Source of the DNA: Cyanophora paradoxa CCMP329
Lineage: Eukaryota; Plantae; Glaucophyta
Length of the DNA stretch: 64,000 nt
NCBI GenBank assembly: GCA_004431415.1
Contig: QPMI01000048.1
Span: forward strand, 186,001 to 250,000
Direction of reading: 5' to 3'
The translations under genes and the position numbers were made by a program. Under the pieces are notes generated by a model. That model worked only from the letters and a program-made list of their open reading frames with translations. It searched no databases and was not told where the DNA came from. This document shows positions 35,795 to 47,934 of the stretch, piece after piece (position 1 is the first letter of the stretch; the number at the start of each line of letters is the position of its first letter).

Positions 35795-36871
35795 AGGAAG
35801 GCCTAGGTGGGGCTTGCCCGAAGGGGCCGGCAGCGGCGCAGCGCCCGCGTCGGCTAGCGCTTGCAACCCAGGCGCATGTATGTGCAGGCCGGCGCGCTCG
35901 CAAGCTCCTTGCATGTAGATTCGTCGCACTGAAAACCGAAGATTGAAAATCCTAATTCACTGAATTCATGAATAATGATCAGCTGCCCGTGGGACACTCG
36001 ACGGAGAGTCACTGATCAGCCCTGCAGGCTGCAGCCCTGCAATTGCCAGTGGCAATTTGCCACTCGTTAATTGGCGGTCAGCGGCCCGTGAACGTGACAG
36101 CGGGAAATCGAAAAATCGTGATCGGACTTATCGGAGTCGGTGACTCTAGGATCTGAGTGACTGATCATGAAATCATTGAATCGATGAGTCTCAGACTCTC
36201 AGAGGCCTGGGGGCCGGGAAAATTCGCGCGGATAGGTCCGGCCATCCCGCGGCCCGGCCAATATCGATGTTGATCGCGATTCGCGATTAAGCTTCTTAAG
36301 CTTGGCCCGGGAAAATTTGCTCGGATACCGGCCGCGGTAGGTCCGGCCATCCCGCGGCCAATACTAGGGGCCCGGCCGCGATTGTCGCGCCGGGGGTGCA
36401 AGGGGGGAACCGGGATCTAATGAAAGAGTCCTAGTGGCGCGCACATGCGCGCGGCAGAATGACCCCGGCCCAGTGCGCTCGGCAGGTCGAAGGTTAAAGA
36501 TAAACACAGATTATGATTGAAAAAATAGAGAAGGCGCGACAAGCACACGCTGCGATCAAATCGAGAAAAAAGACTAAATGAAAGGCCAGCCTGGCAGACT
36601 CAGCGCACACTATATGAAAGATTGTTCTGGAGCCAAAAAACGCTGCGCATCAACTCTGTTCGCACGGCGATCTTACATCATCGAGTCACATGAGCCAGTT
36701 TTGGGGTACCCATGGCCGGAGCTCTTAGCACGGTACCGGACGGACCTACCGTTGTTTTGGGGGTGCTAACCGTGCTAGCGCTAGCATACCAATGAAATCG
36801 TAGCTCTTAGTAACGTAGCTCTTAGCAACGTAGCTCTTAATAATAGCCTCTTATCGTATCAAATATATATA

Positions 36872-37185
36872 CCGTGTAACACAAAAATATGGCTGACAGA
36901 TTTATGTCGTTATAAAACTTGGCAGTGCTGGTGTCTAGAGACTGTGGCCGGTAATTCACCAAAAAAAAAAAAAATATAAAACTTGGCCCTTCTCTTGGTG
37001 AAATATGACGGTCCCAAATTACGTCGTCATGAAAATTTCAGGCTTGTATGCGGCAGTACATTGTATGAGGCAACTTACTGTACCCGGTTTATGACGGTCC
37101 CAAATTATGTCGTTAGATCATGTCCGAACCGACATAATTTGGTACCGACATAGTGAAGTGTCCGTCATATTATTGTGTTATACGG
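36872..37185. mobile_element. MITE with imperfect ~27-bp TIRs and TA flanks (Tc1/mariner-pogo-like)
   Basis: Left ta|ccgtgtaacacaaaaatatggctgaca versus reverse complement of right end ta|ccgtataacacaataatatgacggaca; internal repeats atgacggtcccaaatta. Confidence 0.8.
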
Positions 37186-37429
37186 TACATGGGGTGCCAC
37201 CGTGCCAACCGTGCTGGTCATGCTGCACATAATGAGTCAAATGATTTGACTCATTCATGAATGCGTATGATACTCGAGCTCAGTGAGTCGACAGTGACTA
37301 CCTGGTAGCACTGACTACCGGTACGGCGCCGGCGGTACCACTACTGGTAGTCGACAGTGACTACCGGTAGTCAGCTAGCCCGCTGCCGCGCCTGTACCGT
37401 GGCTGAACGGTAACTTAGTAAGTCGTCGG

Positions 37430-37447
37430 TAACTTAGTAGTAACTAG
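37430..37447 (+). promoter_or_regulatory. Candidate upstream element TAACTTAGTAGTAACTAG
   Basis: See 9182-9199; extra partial copy taacttagta at 37411. Confidence 0.4.
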
Positions 37448-37635
37448 CCTGCCAGGCTGGGCCATAGTACTGCAGCTGCGGCATGCGCAGGGTCGCAGGC
37501 TCGCATGCGCAGCCCGCGCCAGGCCCGCAGGCCCGAGGCTCAGTATAGCCGCAGAGCTAGTCTGTAGCTATTAGGCTAGTATTAGACAGTACTGGGGCAG
37601 CCGCATCGATATCGGTATTGCGATCGGCGATCAGG

Positions 37636-40608
37636 ATGACAGCTGCAGTTACAAACGGCGCTCTCCGCCTGACAACAGCTGCAGCCGCCACGCTGCTTTG
37701 CGTCTTGGTTCTGATTATCGTGAATCCGGCGGAGTCATGCGGCGATCGCGGGACGTTCATACCGACCCAGACATTCCAAGTCGTCTCGGCTGCAGACAAT
37801 GCGAAATGCTGGGGGGGCTTTGAGAAGTTGGGCCAGTTTCGTGTACGGCTGACCACATGCAACGCAAGTGCGTGCCCGTTACGTTTACGATTTACAAATA
37901 TATATGGAATAACCTTCGGCCGCGGTATACGTACGTACTTATACACAAAGGTGAGCCCGCCCAGTTCTTCAACAGCACTGTTGCAATCGGCGGAAAGTAC
38001 AACATGTACTTTCCATCCTCCGGCATCCCATCGATTTATTTCGGCAAGGCAATTTCCAGCATCTTTTCCTCGTCCGACAGTGTTCAGCATACGCTGGTGC
38101 GTGCTTGCGAATTATATTTATAATTAGAATCGCAACATTTATCACACGATCGCGACTGCGATTTGACGACGCGATCGACGCGTACGGTACAGCTCAGAAG
38201 CGGCAACATCCCAGTTGCATTCTCGTTCGAGTACACGGACAACGATACTTTTCGCATGTTGCAAACATCTACCTCGGCAGCAGTCGCACCTTTCCCCCCG
38301 AAGTACAACATCAGCGCTAGTTTCGAAAGCGTGTTCGGTGCTGACCTGATTACGATGAAGAGTCCGGTTGAAAGTGCGTGCCACGGTAGCTATATATAGC
38401 CTTACAATCGCAGCACGTACACGTACAGCCTCATGATCTGACGCATGCATGTGACATTCGCACGTACACGTGTACGAACCCAGCCGACCCGGAGTTCGAA
38501 TTCAAGTTCCTCTACGGCGATGGAACACTGGCGTGGCCTCGAGCTCCAGTCGCATGCTCGGTAGCTATATGTATAGAAGCAACTGCGAGCAAATCTTCGC
38601 ACCTTCACGTCGATCTGACACTTCGTGTGCTCAGACCCCCAGCGCCTCGCCGAGCCCTAGCCCTAGCCCATCTGCAGCTGCCTCTGCTTCACCGAGTCCT
38701 TCGCCGAGCCCTAGCCCATCGGCAAATGCTTCTCCCAGCCCATCGGCAAATGCTTTTCCCAGTCCCTCGCCCAGCCCGTCGATATCGGCAATGGCAATCC
38801 CGTCGCCCTCGCCCGTCGCAAGCCCGTCCCCAAGCCCCGTGCCTCCATTGGTGAGAACTGTTAATTATAATGTCTTAAGAGAAAAGCTTAAGCCATCATC
38901 CACGCTGACTGTCTAATCATGACCAAGCAGCCTGTATCGAACGCGACATTGGACATTGTCCAGCTGGTCATCGAAGGCAAACTGGTGGGCGCATTCGTAT
39001 ACGTATACCGTCGGGCACTAAACTACTGCGGCGTAAATTAACGAGGGGTCAAACCTGGCCCTCCTTTGATCAAAATACCGCGGTACCAAATTAACGCGGT
39101 TGAAACCTTTGGGCTTGTATGGGGCGGTAATTTTAGGGGGGTGCTGTCTAGAGCAACCGTTGAACTCAGCAGCAGTTAACACGGTACCAAATTAACGCGG
39201 TGAGACCGGATTTCGCGCGTTAATTTGGTACCGCGTTAGTTAAGTGCCCGCGGTACTTAAGTGCCCTACCGTGTATGCGCATGCATGTTGTCACAGTGTC
39301 GCGCACTATTCGTCAATATCGCGGGTCGGAATTGATTGACAATATATGTATATACATAGCTGATCACGATTGATCGCAGTTTGACCTGTCCGGAAACGAC
39401 GTCATTACAACGACAGATTCGGTGCCAACAGAAATATATTTCATAATGTATTATAATATATTTGCCCCGCTTCCTTAATATATACTACTAATGCCCCGCC
39501 TCCTAGACCTGCGCATGCAAGCACGCCTTACTAAGTTAGCTTCTCATCCCCTATCTGATCAGGATGGAGCAAAGCGGATCACTGTGAGTGGTCTCGTTCT
39601 GTCGGCCCCTGCAGAGGTATATATGTGGCATTTGTAGTTCTGATGCTACTCCGAAGCCGTGCAACTCGCCAGTTGACGTAATCACTGATATTGCACACCG
39701 CCGCAGACCGGGAGCTCGGACTTCGTAATCATTAAGGGCGCCAACCTGCCGGTAGTTACAATATGCATTTGTTCACTGTCCAACAATGTTAGCTCACGAC
39801 CATGATCGATATCACTGGCTGTGGCCACATGCGACAGGCCAATAAACCAATCAAGGTGTACGTGGTCGACCCCAAAAACAACAGCAGAAAGATTGAGGCC
39901 CTGGAGGCTTCGATACCCGACTCGACAACCTTGCGGTTTAGTGCGTGCTTCTCAATGCATTTGGTGTCTGCTAGCGGTTGTCATTTTTGACAACAGTTTT
40001 TAATTTTTTCCCTCCCAGAGGTCCCTCCGCTTCCAAAGAACAACCGCCGCGCTCTCTTGCAGTTTATCACTGGCTCTTCCGTGCGAACTTTCATATATAA
40101 TTTCCATTGTCCCTTCGACGTTTCGAGCCGCTCGCAGTACGATCTGCGAATTGAGTCTGCGTCGGCGACACCAGAGTTCGCTTCGTTCGTCCTTGCAGAG
40201 GTCTGATCATGAGTTCGAAGTTGCTCAGCCATGCATATGGGATCGATATCTCAATTCGCGGCCAACCGACAGGTTTTCCGCTGGGTCCCGAGGCAGGCGG
40301 CGGGTCCCGCGAGTGTGCCTTACTGTGCGTGATTCTTTAATTTAATTTTGCATTGGTCTCGGAAGCCCTGCATTGAGTCGCGTTGCTGATCTGCTACGGT
40401 ACTTCATTTACATCCAACAGGGGTCTCATCTGCTGCCCCACTATCGAGCTTCTCGGTGAGTCTCTCTCCCATTCTAGCTGTACATGTAAATCCTCTCTTC
40501 TACTGATATCGATCTCTCTGCACACTGCATGCGCAGCCCAGTCTTCTGCTCGCCTTTCTTGCGAGCGGCATTAATGTTGCCCTTGGCCTTAGGGTTCCCC
40601 GTTTCTGA
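37636..40608 (+). CDS. Secreted, probably GPI-anchored surface protein with (Ser-Pro)n linker
   Basis: Signal-like ATLLCVLVLIIVNPAES; exon TPSASPSPSPSPSAAASASPSPSP...; C-terminal VSSAAPLSSFS-PSLLLAFLASGINVALGL hydrophobic tail; TGA at 40606-40608. Confidence 0.6.
39006..39273. mobile_element. Intronic MITE with imperfect ~26-bp TIRs, TA-flanked
   Basis: Left taccgtcgggcactaaactactgcgg versus reverse complement of right cacggtagggcacttaagtaccgcgg; internal ggtaccaaattaacgcg twice direct and once inverted. Confidence 0.75.
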
Positions 40609-41119
40609 GCTGGCGTCCCGCCTGTGGGTCCCTTAAGCTTCAATAGAGAATAACAGACATTAATATTTTCGTCAGGAATTGCAAGTTGAGAATAGAGAAA
40701 AGATGAAATAGAGATACGCTTGATCGCATATCAGAATGAGCGATCAACGACGGCATGGCGACGGATCGGAGGACTCTACGGGAGGGTTAACGTTAGAGCC
40801 AGCGAGAGACCGGGTCATGATCAGGAGGCGGGGCGCCGGCGGGCCCATGGCAGGGAGGGCGGGGGCCGACTCCCCGTCCCTCGGCTCTCGTCCGAGTCCT
40901 GAGCGAAGAGGTACCGGTCGACCCTCACTCCTCGAGCGCGGCCCCCGCCTGGCTCCGGAGGGCTCTCCGGGAGGTTTAGAGCCAGCTTAGCTTTGCGATT
41001 GGAAGCTCCTATAGCTAGCTACAGCTGCACACCATGTGTAAATGCACTTCGAATTCGCACACCACACACACGAGACAGTACGGTACAGCCACCCACTATA
41101 TGAACTAGCGCTCTTCAAA

Positions 41120-41225
41120 GGGGAGGGAGGGTCCGTGGGGAGGGGTGGGGGTTGGGAGGGGGGCGCGGGGGGGGGGGGGGGGGGGGGCGGGGGGGGGCGG
41201 TGGGGGGCGGGGGGGGGGGGGGGGG
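41120..41225 (+). repeat. Poly-G tract with G-quadruplex potential
   Basis: About 105 nt almost entirely of G runs, between two convergent gene ends. Confidence 0.8.
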
Positions 41226-41552
41226 CACTCAGGCCTGTTGTGTGGCCAACAAATATTACAATTAACTATATTACATTTTAATTATCTGCGGGTGCTTACA
41301 TGCTCCGGATCCCGACGCGCCCGTCGACCCCTTCGAATTCGGGCGCGAGATCCCTCGAAGGCGAGTTGCAGCTGCTGCATGCACATGCGCAGCCTCGAAA
41401 TCCAAATCGAGCGGTTGATGCAGAATTCGAATGCATTTACTCTATCCTGTGGCGCGATATCTAAAATCCGTGCATGGATACATGTACGTATACATTGATT
41501 CGATAGAATTCTAGTTCGCGTTTCAGTGCCGACTTCGGATTGATATCGATCA

Positions 41553-44500
41553 TCAGCGCAAGAGGGCCTCCAGGAGGGCGGCTTCTTCTAGATCTGCTTC
41601 CGTCGTCTCCGCCTCCTCCGCCTCCGCGCCACCCTCCGCCGCGGCCGGCGCATGCGTCGGCCCAGGGCCCGCCTCGTGGCCCGGCGGGGCCGGCGGGTCC
41701 AGAAGGCCGTTGTCGGCGTCGGCGCTGGTATCACCGATCGGGACTGCAGGTATCACCGATGAGGCCTTCGCGATCGCGGCTGCAGCGGCGGGGCTCCACG
41801 GCCGGAACGCCGACGGGCGCCCGCGGCCGGAAGCTGCGTCCACGGCCCCGAGCCTTGGATTTGCATACGGCGGTGGCTTCGAATTCGAGCTCGGCTGCGC
41901 CTGCTGCAAGGCTGGCGGTTGGTAGAGGGTGGCGCTGCGAGCTGCAGCTGCAGCTGCAGGCGTCGCGATCGACGTCGGCGGCAGAGGCTGCGGCGGCGCC
42001 TGGCGCGAGGATGGCCCCCGATTCGAATTCGACGCCCGCTGCGCATGCGCATCTCGAGATCGCGAATTGGAGGCCAGCGCGGGCGCGCCGCGGGCCGCCG
42101 GATCCACGTGGGGACGCCTCCGAGGCCTCCACGAGGATCTCGGGGGCCTCGAGCTCGGCCAAGCCTGCCCCGCGGCCGCCCGCGCCCTCCTCGAGCTTGT
42201 AATTACGATCGGGTTCGGGATTCGAGCTCGCGAGGAAGGCCCCAAGCGACTGTACGTGCGCTCGAGCCGCCCGCCCCTTCGCCTTGCGCCCCGCCTTCGA
42301 ATTCGGCTGCTGCTGCAGCAGCAGCTGCTGCTCGGTCTTCGGGTGCGCTCGGACGGGCGCGAGCTCGCCAAGGGCCACAGCCATGCAGGGGACGGAGGCG
42401 GGCAGGAGGGCCGCCGCGGCCCGCGCCGCGTCGGCAGAGCGGAAGACCGCCAGGGCCCGCGGCGGCCCGCCAGCGTCCGCCGCGGCGGGGATGACGGCCT
42501 CCAGCTCCTGGCGCGAGCTATGAGCAGGTATCATCCATTATTCATTCATGAATTTATATTTAGATTGTGCTCTCGGTCATATTCTAGATATTCATTAACT
42601 ATAAGATGCTCTCTAGATTCATTTAGATTCAGGTGATAAAAACGACTCCAGATTTTATGTGCTCATGCCGCGCCTGCGCAAGACCTCGTTTTCGCACTCA
42701 CCTCGCCGCAGTCGGATTGGCGGAGGGCGAGCGAGACCGCCTCCGCCGCCGCGCCGCTGACCAGAACCGCCCGCGCCGCTCGGCACGCCATCGCCTCCTG
42801 CTCCGAAGCGGATGTTCGAAGTCAGACTTGCAAACTTAAGGCTTCGGCCATGGCAGACTGAAAACCGCACCTCCCACTCCGGAGACTCCTTCACGACGGT
42901 CGCGATCGCTGGCGCCTTTCCCGACGACGCATGCGCAGACGCCCCTTCCGTCGACGTCGCTCCCACCTGCAGGCAAGTTCGATGTCTCTCGCTTGGACCG
43001 GCGCGCCGATGGCGAATTCGAATGGCCGACGTCGACGCGGACGCGCCTCGGCCTTGAGGGCCTTGAGGCGGGCCTCGCACTCGCGCCGGAGCGCGGCGTC
43101 CCCCGCCGCGATCGCCTCCGCCAGCGCCTCCTCGACCGGTAGGAATGAAGCGAGGGATTTAATTTAGATCATCAGCTAGGAGCGGGTGTGGCGGAGGCGC
43201 TAGATCATATATAGAAGAAGCGGCGTTGCGGAGGCGCTAGAGGCGCTAGCGGAAGTCGCGGAGGCGTGCTCCCGTTCTAGAAGCGGCGGCGTCCCCCGTT
43301 CTCTCGCTTACGCCCAAGTGCGCGCACCTCGCGGGCGCTGGCGGTCGCCTCCGCCAGCGCCTCCTCGACCGCCGCCTCCCCCGCCTCGGGCCCCTCCCGC
43401 AGTGCCGCCCGCACACGCCCCCGCAACGCCTCGAGGCTCCTCTCCAGCTCCTGCCCAGGACGTACGCGTGGGTTTGAATCTCAAGATCTAGAGGCATTGC
43501 ACATAGAATTGATATTTGCAGCTCGCAATTGCAGTCCCGGGGCGTGGGTTTGAATTTCAAGATCTAGAGACATTGCCCGCAGGTTTCGCGGCACGCACCC
43601 CGCGCGCGTCGCGCAGCTGGGCTTGGCGGGCGGAGGCGGTGCGCCGGTCGGAGGAGGCCGAAGCACCCAAACCCTCGAGCGCTCGGACCGCCTCCCGAAG
43701 GTGCGATAAATCTCCGGCGGCGGCCGCGGCCTTCACCTGCGAAAACGTCGTTTATTCGTATTGCATCACCGCAAAAACTTCATCGCAGCCCTTTTTCGCG
43801 GACCCGCGCGGCCGCGGAATTCCAGGAAATCGCCTCGGCCTGCCTCGCCCTCACATCCGCGGCCTGCAAAAACGTCATTTATTTTATTTGACAAAGCATT
43901 AATTTTTACCAAGGCCGCGAAGCCCGTCGAAGCCAGGGTCCTCGCCGCCGCCTCCGCGGACTTGACGGCTTCTGTTAGCACCGAACTGTCGACGCTGCCC
44001 GAGCTCGCACTGCCCGGGGCAGCCAGCTCGATCGCCAGCAGGGCCGCTTCGGAGGACGCGAGGGCATCGGCCTGGGTCGCGATGTAATTCGGTAATTGGA
44101 TCGAGTCGCACGAAATTCGGCATAACACGGGATTCGAGGCGGATGAGAGCAAGCGCACCGCCGTCTGAAGGCCGGCGAGCCTCGCGAGCACGCGCTGCAC
44201 GACGGGCGCGTCGGCGGCCCCGCGCCCCTCCGCCCGGCGCAGCGCGTCCGAGAGCGCTCGGGCCGCCCCCGCCGGCCCGCCGGCGCCCGCGCCCGCGCCG
44301 CTCGGCTCGCCCTCCGCCGCGGCCAGCGCCTCGCTCAGTTCGAGGGCAGCCGCCCGCCGGGCCCGCATCGCCCGCAGGCGCGCGGCCGCCCCCGCGACGA
44401 CCTCGGAGCCACCGGAGCCGCTCCGCGTCGCGTTCGCGATCGCCCCTTCGAGCTCGCTCTCCGACAGGGATGCCTCGCTCTGCAATATTAATGCACGTTC

Positions 44501-47327
44501 GAAATATAAATTGAGCTAATCATATATTCTAGCTATATTTCTAGCTCGCAATATTTCTAGCTCACCTTTGCGCAGAGGGCGCGAAGAGTCGCGAGGTCAG
44601 ACTCGGCCGCTCGCCGCCGCGCCTCGGCGTTCTGCTGTTTCATCGCTTCTTTCTGGCGCCGCATCTCTGCCTCGCGCCGCTCCAGCCAAGGTCCGATCAT
44701 ATCTTTGACGTCGTCGGTCAGCTTCTTTGCTTGCAGCAGCCGCGCGATTTCTCTGTCGTCCTTTATTCGCTCTTCTTGCACATTGCAATTGCCTGTATGG
44801 ACGGTTAAAAGAAGCGTGTACGTATACGAACACAACTGCAAATATCCGCGCGCGTGGATCCGGAGGGTTTAATTTCGCGCACGGATCACGAAGGGGCGCG
44901 GAGTGGCGCGGAGGACAGCAGTTGAGCGCAACCTGCTCGCGATCGCGATCGCACTCTTGGACGTGAGCGTCCGTACGAGAAATGCGCGTGAGCATTCATT
45001 CTTATAGTTTATAAATATAACCGACGAGGGATTCTGAGCTCGAGGGCACTCTAGATTAGATCTGGTGCGCTTGCCTGCAGAGTGCCAGATTGTCCTGCAC
45101 GTTTTCAACATCTTTCGAAAGTGTCATCCGCTGCTCTTTCTCCTCTTCAGAACATTCGTTGATCTCAGTCTCCAACCCGAACTCCAATGTCTGCGCATGC
45201 GATGGCATTCGCACGTAATCGTGTTTGCATCAGCAGCGATCGGGGTCAACGTTGCAATTGTACGCGCATATTCAACAAAGTTCTCAAGCAGCACGAACCT
45301 CCAGCATCAGAGTCAGCGTGATGCGGGATAAGAAACCCGAGTCGACGAGATGATTTGCATGTTGAAGAGCAACTTTCATCTGTCAGCGGATCATGATCAG
45401 CAAGAAATCAATGCACACCGCACAATGTGCAGGCTCAATTAAAGTATTGTTATTGCGATATTCAGGGAATCTCGCACGAGTCGATTCCACTCTCGCTCCG
45501 CGGCGATCTCGTGCTCGTCGAAGCCCCCGTCTGTCGGGCTCTTCAGAAGTTCCAAGCGCTCCGCACAAATCTCGAGCGCTCGCTGCTCGCGGGGCAAAGT
45601 CAAGATGTGCTTGTGCACGTTATATAATTATTATATATATGTGCATACTGCATCCCAGATCTTCTAAAGAGTAACACTAAATGAAAGCATATATGTCGCG
45701 CACCTCCGTGGTCTGGATGGCGAGCGGGAGGCGCCTCGCCTCGGCGTGGCAGAGCGCGATGTCAAGATAAAGGGCGACGCGCACGCTCCCGCTCTCGAAT
45801 CTCGACCTTGGCGAGGCCTGCGACTCGCAATCGATGATTTGTAAGGCCCGCTGCGAACAAAGCATGAGCCTCGTATTTGAATGCCGCAGCGCCGCTGATC
45901 ATCATGCAGCTGGCCGGAATTTAAGCTAGCGCTAGCGCTTCTTCGAATTCTGTGGATACAAATGCGCATTTCGGCACTCAATGACTTGCCTGTAGATATT
46001 CAAGCGTTCTGGTATACTCGATTGAAGACATTTCGCGGCAATCGAACTGCGAACGCCCCTTGGGATCCAAGAGGTCTTCCAATTCCCTGCGAAAACCTTG
46101 CTTCGATAATCGTGTATTTGAGAACTGCAGAGTCGACGTCGCACCAGTCACACGAATTGTGTAACTTGCACCAGATGTATGCTTCGCGGCGGGAGAAGCC
46201 AGCCGCGCCGACGAGAGCCAAGACGAGACCGAGTCGTGCGTGCAATTTCTGGTACGGCTCTCTAACACCGGTAAGGATGTGGATGGCTTTCTGCGTACGA
46301 CAAATTGATCATGAAGGGCTTTTGTCAGCGCATTTGAGAAACATATATATGCATGCATTTTCTAATCTCGAGCCTAAAAACTCCGCTTTACCTCGTAGCA
46401 GGCTCGGCCCTCTGCGCGAAGCTTTTCTCCGCCTGCGGCGCTGGCCTGTGCCGGCGGATCCGAGTGCACGCACATATATTCATGGATTCGAAGTAGCTGG
46501 CTCAGACGATCATGATAACGCACCTGTGTAGACGCTGCAGAGTCGAGGGCACCGGCGAGCGTGACTAGCGCTTGCCCGTGCTCAACGCTATTGGCTCCGA
46601 ACTTCGCTTTCGCGAACGAGACTCCGCGCTGCGAAACCAATTACAGTGAGCGCGCGCGTTGCGACCTTAAGCTTGAGCTGGAGGAAGGAGCGAGCCCTGG
46701 CCATTTTCTTGGCATCTTGTAGCCGCTCGAGCTCCAGCCCTTCGAGCTGCAATCGATGCGACGCCATTCGAAACGCCAACGCTTTGACCGCAGATCGAAT
46801 GCACTCTCCTTTCGGACCGCGCAGAACGGAATCCTGATCGAGCTCGGAAATTCAAAATGGCTCTAAATATACGTATACGCGTGGTCCCCCGCGCGCGATG
46901 CGGGTGTGCCGCGTACACGTACTTTTACGGAAGCGAGCTCTTCGTCCATTCCTTGTTCATCGAGATTCTCCACAGCCACGATGTCCATAAATTCTATGAT
47001 CGCCGCGAAGTCCTGTTTTGCGAATGGCACGCCCCAAAGCTCGATCAACTCTCCCAGGTCCGCATCGTGCTTACAGCGCTGCAGCTGCGAGGGTCGCGAT
47101 CGGCGCTCGAGTTTCCACGCCACGACGTCGCCCATAAGAGACACCACACGCCGGTCGAGCGCCTCTGCGTCGTCTCCGGCCGCCGGCGCGGAACTCGCAG
47201 CGCGCTCGAGGCAGCGGCGGAGGCAATCGATACAGAAGGCGCCATTCGACGTCGCGGACGCCGGGCGGCTGCTGCACCCCGCGTGATTGCGCTGCGGCAT
47301 GCTGGGCGGGCGACGTCGACTGCGCAT
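41553..47327 (-). CDS. Large multi-exon hypothetical protein with TPR-like helical repeats (could be two genes)
   Basis: Segments AKAKFGANSVEHGQALVTLAGAL and ALYLDIALCHAEARRLPLAIQTTE resemble TPRs; coiled-coil-like exon (RREAEMRRQKEAMKQQ); ends ...EAALLEALLR*. Confidence 0.5.
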
Positions 47328-47494
47328 GCTATAGCTAGCTCAGAATTTGTTATAGAGCTCGAGGAGCTCGAGGGGCTCGAATTATTTCGGAGGAGATCTA
47401 TATAGATCTGTCTATATAGCTATATATAGAATGGAAGGGGAGAATTTAAGGGATTGAGCTCGAGGAACTGAATTCGATATATTCAATATATTCT

Positions 47495-47713
47495 AAAGCT
47501 ACACGATCCTAGAGCCTAAATTGGTATCTGGCATGCGCAGGCGCAAGCAGCCAGCTATACATTCGCAAATTAAAGAGCGTCTGACGGTCGGCTAAAACTA
47601 CATCATCCTAGAGCCTACATCGATATCTGGTAGGCGGAAGCGACCAGCTATACATTCGCAAAGAGCGTCCGATGGTCGGCGAAAGCTACATGATCCTAGA
47701 GCCTACGTCTGGA
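47495..47713. repeat. Imperfect tandem repeat, about 2.3 units of 88-99 bp
   Basis: aaa(g/a)ctaca..atcctagagccta starts at 47495, 47594 and 47682; ccagctatacattcgcaaa occurs twice. Confidence 0.8.
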
Positions 47714-47934
47714 TATAGGGCCGGGGTGGCAATTGCAACACTGAGACATCTCGATTTTCAACCTGCCTACCGATACTTGGGAGGTATGTACAGAATCGAT
47801 CGTGATATCATGATCGTTGATTCGATGTAAATGAAATAAAAGAACGCCTAGCTATATAGGCCTAGGATTTAATAGGCGACGGTAGCTATAGGCGTTAAAC
47901 TTTTGGTACTACGGTAGCTATAGTGTGCACACGG

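Noticed and set aside
42380-42534. R3HCC1-like RRM motif (RALAVFRSADAARAA)
   Set aside because: Resemblance is too short to support without a profile search.
47495-47713. Spaced repeats as a CRISPR-like array
   Set aside because: The intervening sequences are themselves homologous, so it is a diverged tandem repeat.
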